Source of the DNA: a virus
Reading direction: 5' to 3' (one strand)
DNA length: 37,646 nucleotides
Virus genome (UHGV): UHGV-0149030
The notes beneath the pieces are model-generated. The model was given only the letters and a program-made list of their open reading frames with translations, searched no databases and was not told the origin of the DNA. Positions 35,142 through 37,646 of the stretch are shown one piece after another (position 1 is the stretch's first letter; every line of letters starts with the position of its first letter). Position numbers and translations under genes: made by a program.

Positions 35142-36197
35142 TTGGCGGAATTAAGTTTATTTTATGATGCCGTTTTGCAAGATGATGGCACATACGATCG
35201 TGCTTATACATCGGCAGACTGGGCAAAATACTTTGAAAATATTTTTCGCAATGGCGTAATGATGTCAGTTGGTGAAGCATTAAGAGTGACTGCAGCTGAT
35301 TCTGTTGGGATGAGAGTTGTTGTAAAAGCAGGCTCAGCAAGTTTAAAAGGTTATCAATATATAAATACGTCTGCTTTTGCAGTACCTATTGACGTTGCTT
35401 CTTCAACACAAGATCGAACAGATTCAATTGTTGTTCGTCATGACTTGAACGCTAGACAAGCTTATGTAGCAGTCAAAAAAGGCAATGTCTCTGTAGAGCG
35501 CTCAACAGAAGTTTATGAAATCCAACTAGCAACGGTCAAAGTACCAAGGAACAGTTCGGCGATTACTGCAGATTTAATCACAGATAAGAGATCAGATGCA
35601 AAAGTTTGTGGTTATTCAACACCTTTTGCCAATGTTTCTGTATCAGGATTAGAAGCACAATATGAAGCAATGCTAAAAAAAATTGTAGAAACCAACAAGA
35701 CAAGTTATGAAAAAATCCTAAATGATTTTAAAAACTACGTTGCAAAAGCACAAACCGATATGGATTCTAATATTGAAGAGATAATCCGTACAGGAAATGG
35801 AAAAGTAAATGCTTTTGATGTTTTGATTCATGAATGGTTTGCGGCTTTAAAAAATGAGCTAGATGCTAATCAAGCATCAAATCTACAGAATCAAATCAAT
35901 GAAATGAAGGCTACTGAGGAACTGCCGACTATAGTGCATGATTTACGCGGCTATCCTAGTGTACAAGTTTTGTATTGGGAATACGGTATTGGCCTATCAG
36001 GGCTAGCTAATGAGCCAACAGGTCTAGGCGGTAGCAATGTGAAAAAGATTCCTCACAGTGTAGAATATCTTGATTTATTCAGTTTCAAAGTTAAAGTGCC
36101 AATGAACTTTAAAATGGTAAATCCAACAGTAACAAAAATAGATAGTCGAACTATTCGCTTTATTGAAGCATTTAAAGTTATAGAAATTAAATTTTAG
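35142..36197 (+). CDS. Baseplate upper protein (BppU-like N-terminal domain), TTG start
   Basis: N-terminus ..LFYDAVLQDDGTYDRAYTSADWAKYFENIFRNGVM.. resembles the BppU N-domain of lactococcal and enterococcal siphoviruses. Confidence 0.5.
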   Translation: MAELSLFYDAVLQDDGTYDRAYTSADWAKYFENIFRNGVMMSVGEALRVTAADSVGMRVVVKAGSASLKGYQYINTSAFAVPIDVASSTQDRTDSIVVRHDLNARQAYVAVKKGNVSVERSTEVYEIQLATVKVPRNSSAITADLITDKRSDAKVCGYSTPFANVSVSGLEAQYEAMLKKIVETNKTSYEKILNDFKNYVAKAQTDMDSNIEEIIRTGNGKVNAFDVLIHEWFAALKNELDANQASNLQNQINEMKATEELPTIVHDLRGYPSVQVLYWEYGIGLSGLANEPTGLGGSNVKKIPHSVEYLDLFSFKVKVPMNFKMVNPTVTKIDSRTIRFIEAFKVIEIKF

Positions 36198-36207
36198 GAG
36201 GAAAAGA

Positions 36208-36996
36208 ATGTATACATTTAAAAAAGGTGATGCAGACTATCAAGTCATGCTGAACGAAAACTTTAGCGAAATAACGGATGCTTTAGAAAATGGCGCACTG
36301 GTTTCTAAGAAAACCGTTATTAAGGCACAGGACTGGGATGAAATTTTAGACAAAGGAATTTACACCGTCTTCGGTGCTTCTGGAGCAAATAGACCTTATT
36401 CGGGTGCAGCTTATGGTGCTTTAGTTGTTTATGCTGATAATACATTTGTAAGTCAAACGTATATGTATAAAGGTGAAACATACACCCGTAGCAGACAAGG
36501 GAGCCCTGCCACGTGGACACCATGGAATAAACTTCTTTCAGATAATGAACAACCATTTGAAGTCTATTTTGGAAGAGCAGAGGATAGTAGCGATGTCAAT
36601 ACAGGTTTCCAGTATCCTATCGGCAGTATCGTTGCTACTGATAAATATCATAAACCAGAAGATTTACCATTTTCGATTAGCGCTGATAAAAAGAAATTAA
36701 CTTTTACTAAAACAACAACGATTCATGTTAGTGGTTCAGCGAAGTTTCATGGAAACTCTTCTGGAACAGATTACGCTTATTTTAAAATATTTTGGGGCGC
36801 TTCTAATGATCACATGATTCAATACGGTACTCCGACAAACACAGCAATCAATGTGTCAACAACGATTGGGGGAGAAAAAACTCTAACAATCAAGGCTGGG
36901 GATTCACTAAGATTTGAATTAGAGAGTCGACCAAACAAAAGTTTATTTAGAACACAGATTGCTTCATTATCTATCAAAGAAGTGAAAAGTATCTAA
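36208..36996 (+). CDS. Tail fibre / receptor-binding protein candidate
   Basis: Last structural gene before the holin. RBS AGGAGG. Confidence 0.4.
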   Translation: MYTFKKGDADYQVMLNENFSEITDALENGALVSKKTVIKAQDWDEILDKGIYTVFGASGANRPYSGAAYGALVVYADNTFVSQTYMYKGETYTRSRQGSPATWTPWNKLLSDNEQPFEVYFGRAEDSSDVNTGFQYPIGSIVATDKYHKPEDLPFSISADKKKLTFTKTTTIHVSGSAKFHGNSSGTDYAYFKIFWGASNDHMIQYGTPTNTAINVSTTIGGEKTLTIKAGDSLRFELESRPNKSLFRTQIASLSIKEVKSI

Positions 36997-37031
36997 TATG
37001 TTTCAAGTAGACATAAGTGGGAGGTGAGTTA

Positions 37032-37430
37032 GTGGAAAAATATTTTAACCACCTATCAATTGCAGCAAGTATTGTAGGTGGTATTTGCGTTAGCTTTCTT
37101 GGGGGAATGGATCAGTTGCTAGATGTTTTGTTATTTTTGATGATTGTTGATTTTGTAACAGGTTGGCTTAAAGCAATCGCTACTAAATCACTATCAAGTA
37201 AAATAGGTATGTTGGGAATCGCCAAAAAAGTAATGATTTTATTTGTAGTGGCAGTTTCTGTGAAAGTTGAATGTATAGTAGGGAATAATATTCCTATTAG
37301 GGAAATGGTGATTATTTTTTACATTGCAAATGAAGGCATTTCATTTTGCGAGAATGTATTGGAATTCATTCCTTTACCAGAAAAGTTAAAGGATTATTTT
37401 ATTCAATTACGAAATAAAGACAAGAATTGA
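37032..37430 (+). CDS. Holin (phi-LC3 / Phage_holin_1-like), GTG start
   Basis: Three hydrophobic helices (LSIAASIVGGICVSFLGG; LLDVLLFLMIVDFVTGWL; VMILFVVAVSV) and a charged C-terminus, directly upstream of the lysin. RBS GGGAGGTGA. The track ORF starts at 37017. Confidence 0.7.
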   Translation: MEKYFNHLSIAASIVGGICVSFLGGMDQLLDVLLFLMIVDFVTGWLKAIATKSLSSKIGMLGIAKKVMILFVVAVSVKVECIVGNNIPIREMVIIFYIANEGISFCENVLEFIPLPEKLKDYFIQLRNKDKN

Positions 37431-37484
37431 AGCGGCTTGTGTCGTTTCTTTTTTTGTTTAAAAAAATAGGAAAGAGGTTTTTAA

Positions 37485-37646
37485 ATGAAAAAGAAAATTT
37501 TAGCAGGAGCGCTTGTCGCTCTGTTTTTTATGCCTACAGCTGTATTTGCCGCAAAAGGAGACCAAGGTGTGGATTGGGCGATTTATCAAGGTGAACAAGG
37601 TCGTTTTGGCTATGCACATGATAAATTCGCTATTGCCCAGATTGGT
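37485..37646 (+). CDS. Endolysin N-terminus: Sec-type signal peptide plus the start of the GH25 muramidase domain. Continues in frame at nt 1.
   Basis: MKKKILAGALVALFFMPTAVFA|AKGDQGVDWAIYQG.. shows n-region KKK, a hydrophobic core and an AxA site. 162 nt is exactly 54 codons and nt 1 continues the frame. Confidence 0.8.
   Translation, partial: MKKKILAGALVALFFMPTAVFAAKGDQGVDWAIYQGEQGRFGYAHDKFAIAQIG

Noticed and set aside
37418-37457. Imperfect stem-loop (gacaag..cttgtGtc) plus a T-run between holin and endolysin
   Set aside because: The stem is only 6 bp with a bulge and overlaps the holin stop. At most a weak attenuator. Mentioned under the lysin finding but not called as a feature.
1-37646. 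CRISPR arrays, IS elements or transposase genes
   Set aside because: No spaced direct-repeat arrays and no transposase-like ORFs or terminal inverted repeats were seen. The only integrase is the phage tyrosine recombinase.

Overview
The window is a complete, circularly permuted genome of a temperate siphovirus (about 37.6 kb) of low-GC Firmicutes type, similar to Enterococcus, Lactobacillus, Streptococcus or Listeria phages. The last 162 nt (37485..37646) encode the signal-peptide N-terminus of a GH25/LysM endolysin whose reading frame continues without interruption into nt 1..1140, so the linear window is an arbitrary cut of a circle. Gene order on the circle is: lysin, putative attP, tyrosine integrase (-), two convergent lysogenic-conversion morons (a polytopic membrane protein and a LysM lipoprotein), ImmA metalloprotease with an ImmR/CI-like repressor (-), Cro-like and Xis-like HTH proteins (+), an early region of small unknown genes, RecT with a Cas4-like PD-(D/E)XK nuclease, a DnaD-like replisome organizer with internal iterons, a DnaC-like loader, an orphan C5-cytosine methyltransferase, YopX, an ArpU-like late activator, a phage tRNA-Trp, HNH endonuclease, two unknown genes, a G-rich cos-like region, TerS/TerL, an unusual divergent two-gene insert, portal, ClpP-like protease, major capsid, head-tail connectors, major tail, an Ig-like protein, the frameshifted tail chaperone gpG/gpGT, a 1582-aa tape measure, Dit, Tal-like, BppU-like and RBP-like proteins, and holin. 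All protein calls are from motifs I recognise by eye in the translations; no database search was possible. The most unusual loci are: (i) the immunity switch, which has two perfect 20-bp inverted operator copies 154 bp apart and mirrored -35-like boxes; (ii) the membrane-protein/LysM-lipoprotein moron pair next to int; (iii) a constitutively promoted, divergently transcribed small-gene cassette inserted between terL and portal; (iv) two unknown genes inserted between HNH and terS; (v) paired conserved stem-loop elements after the capsid and tail genes; and (vi) several exact repeats of translation-initiation regions that look like module-exchange linkers.
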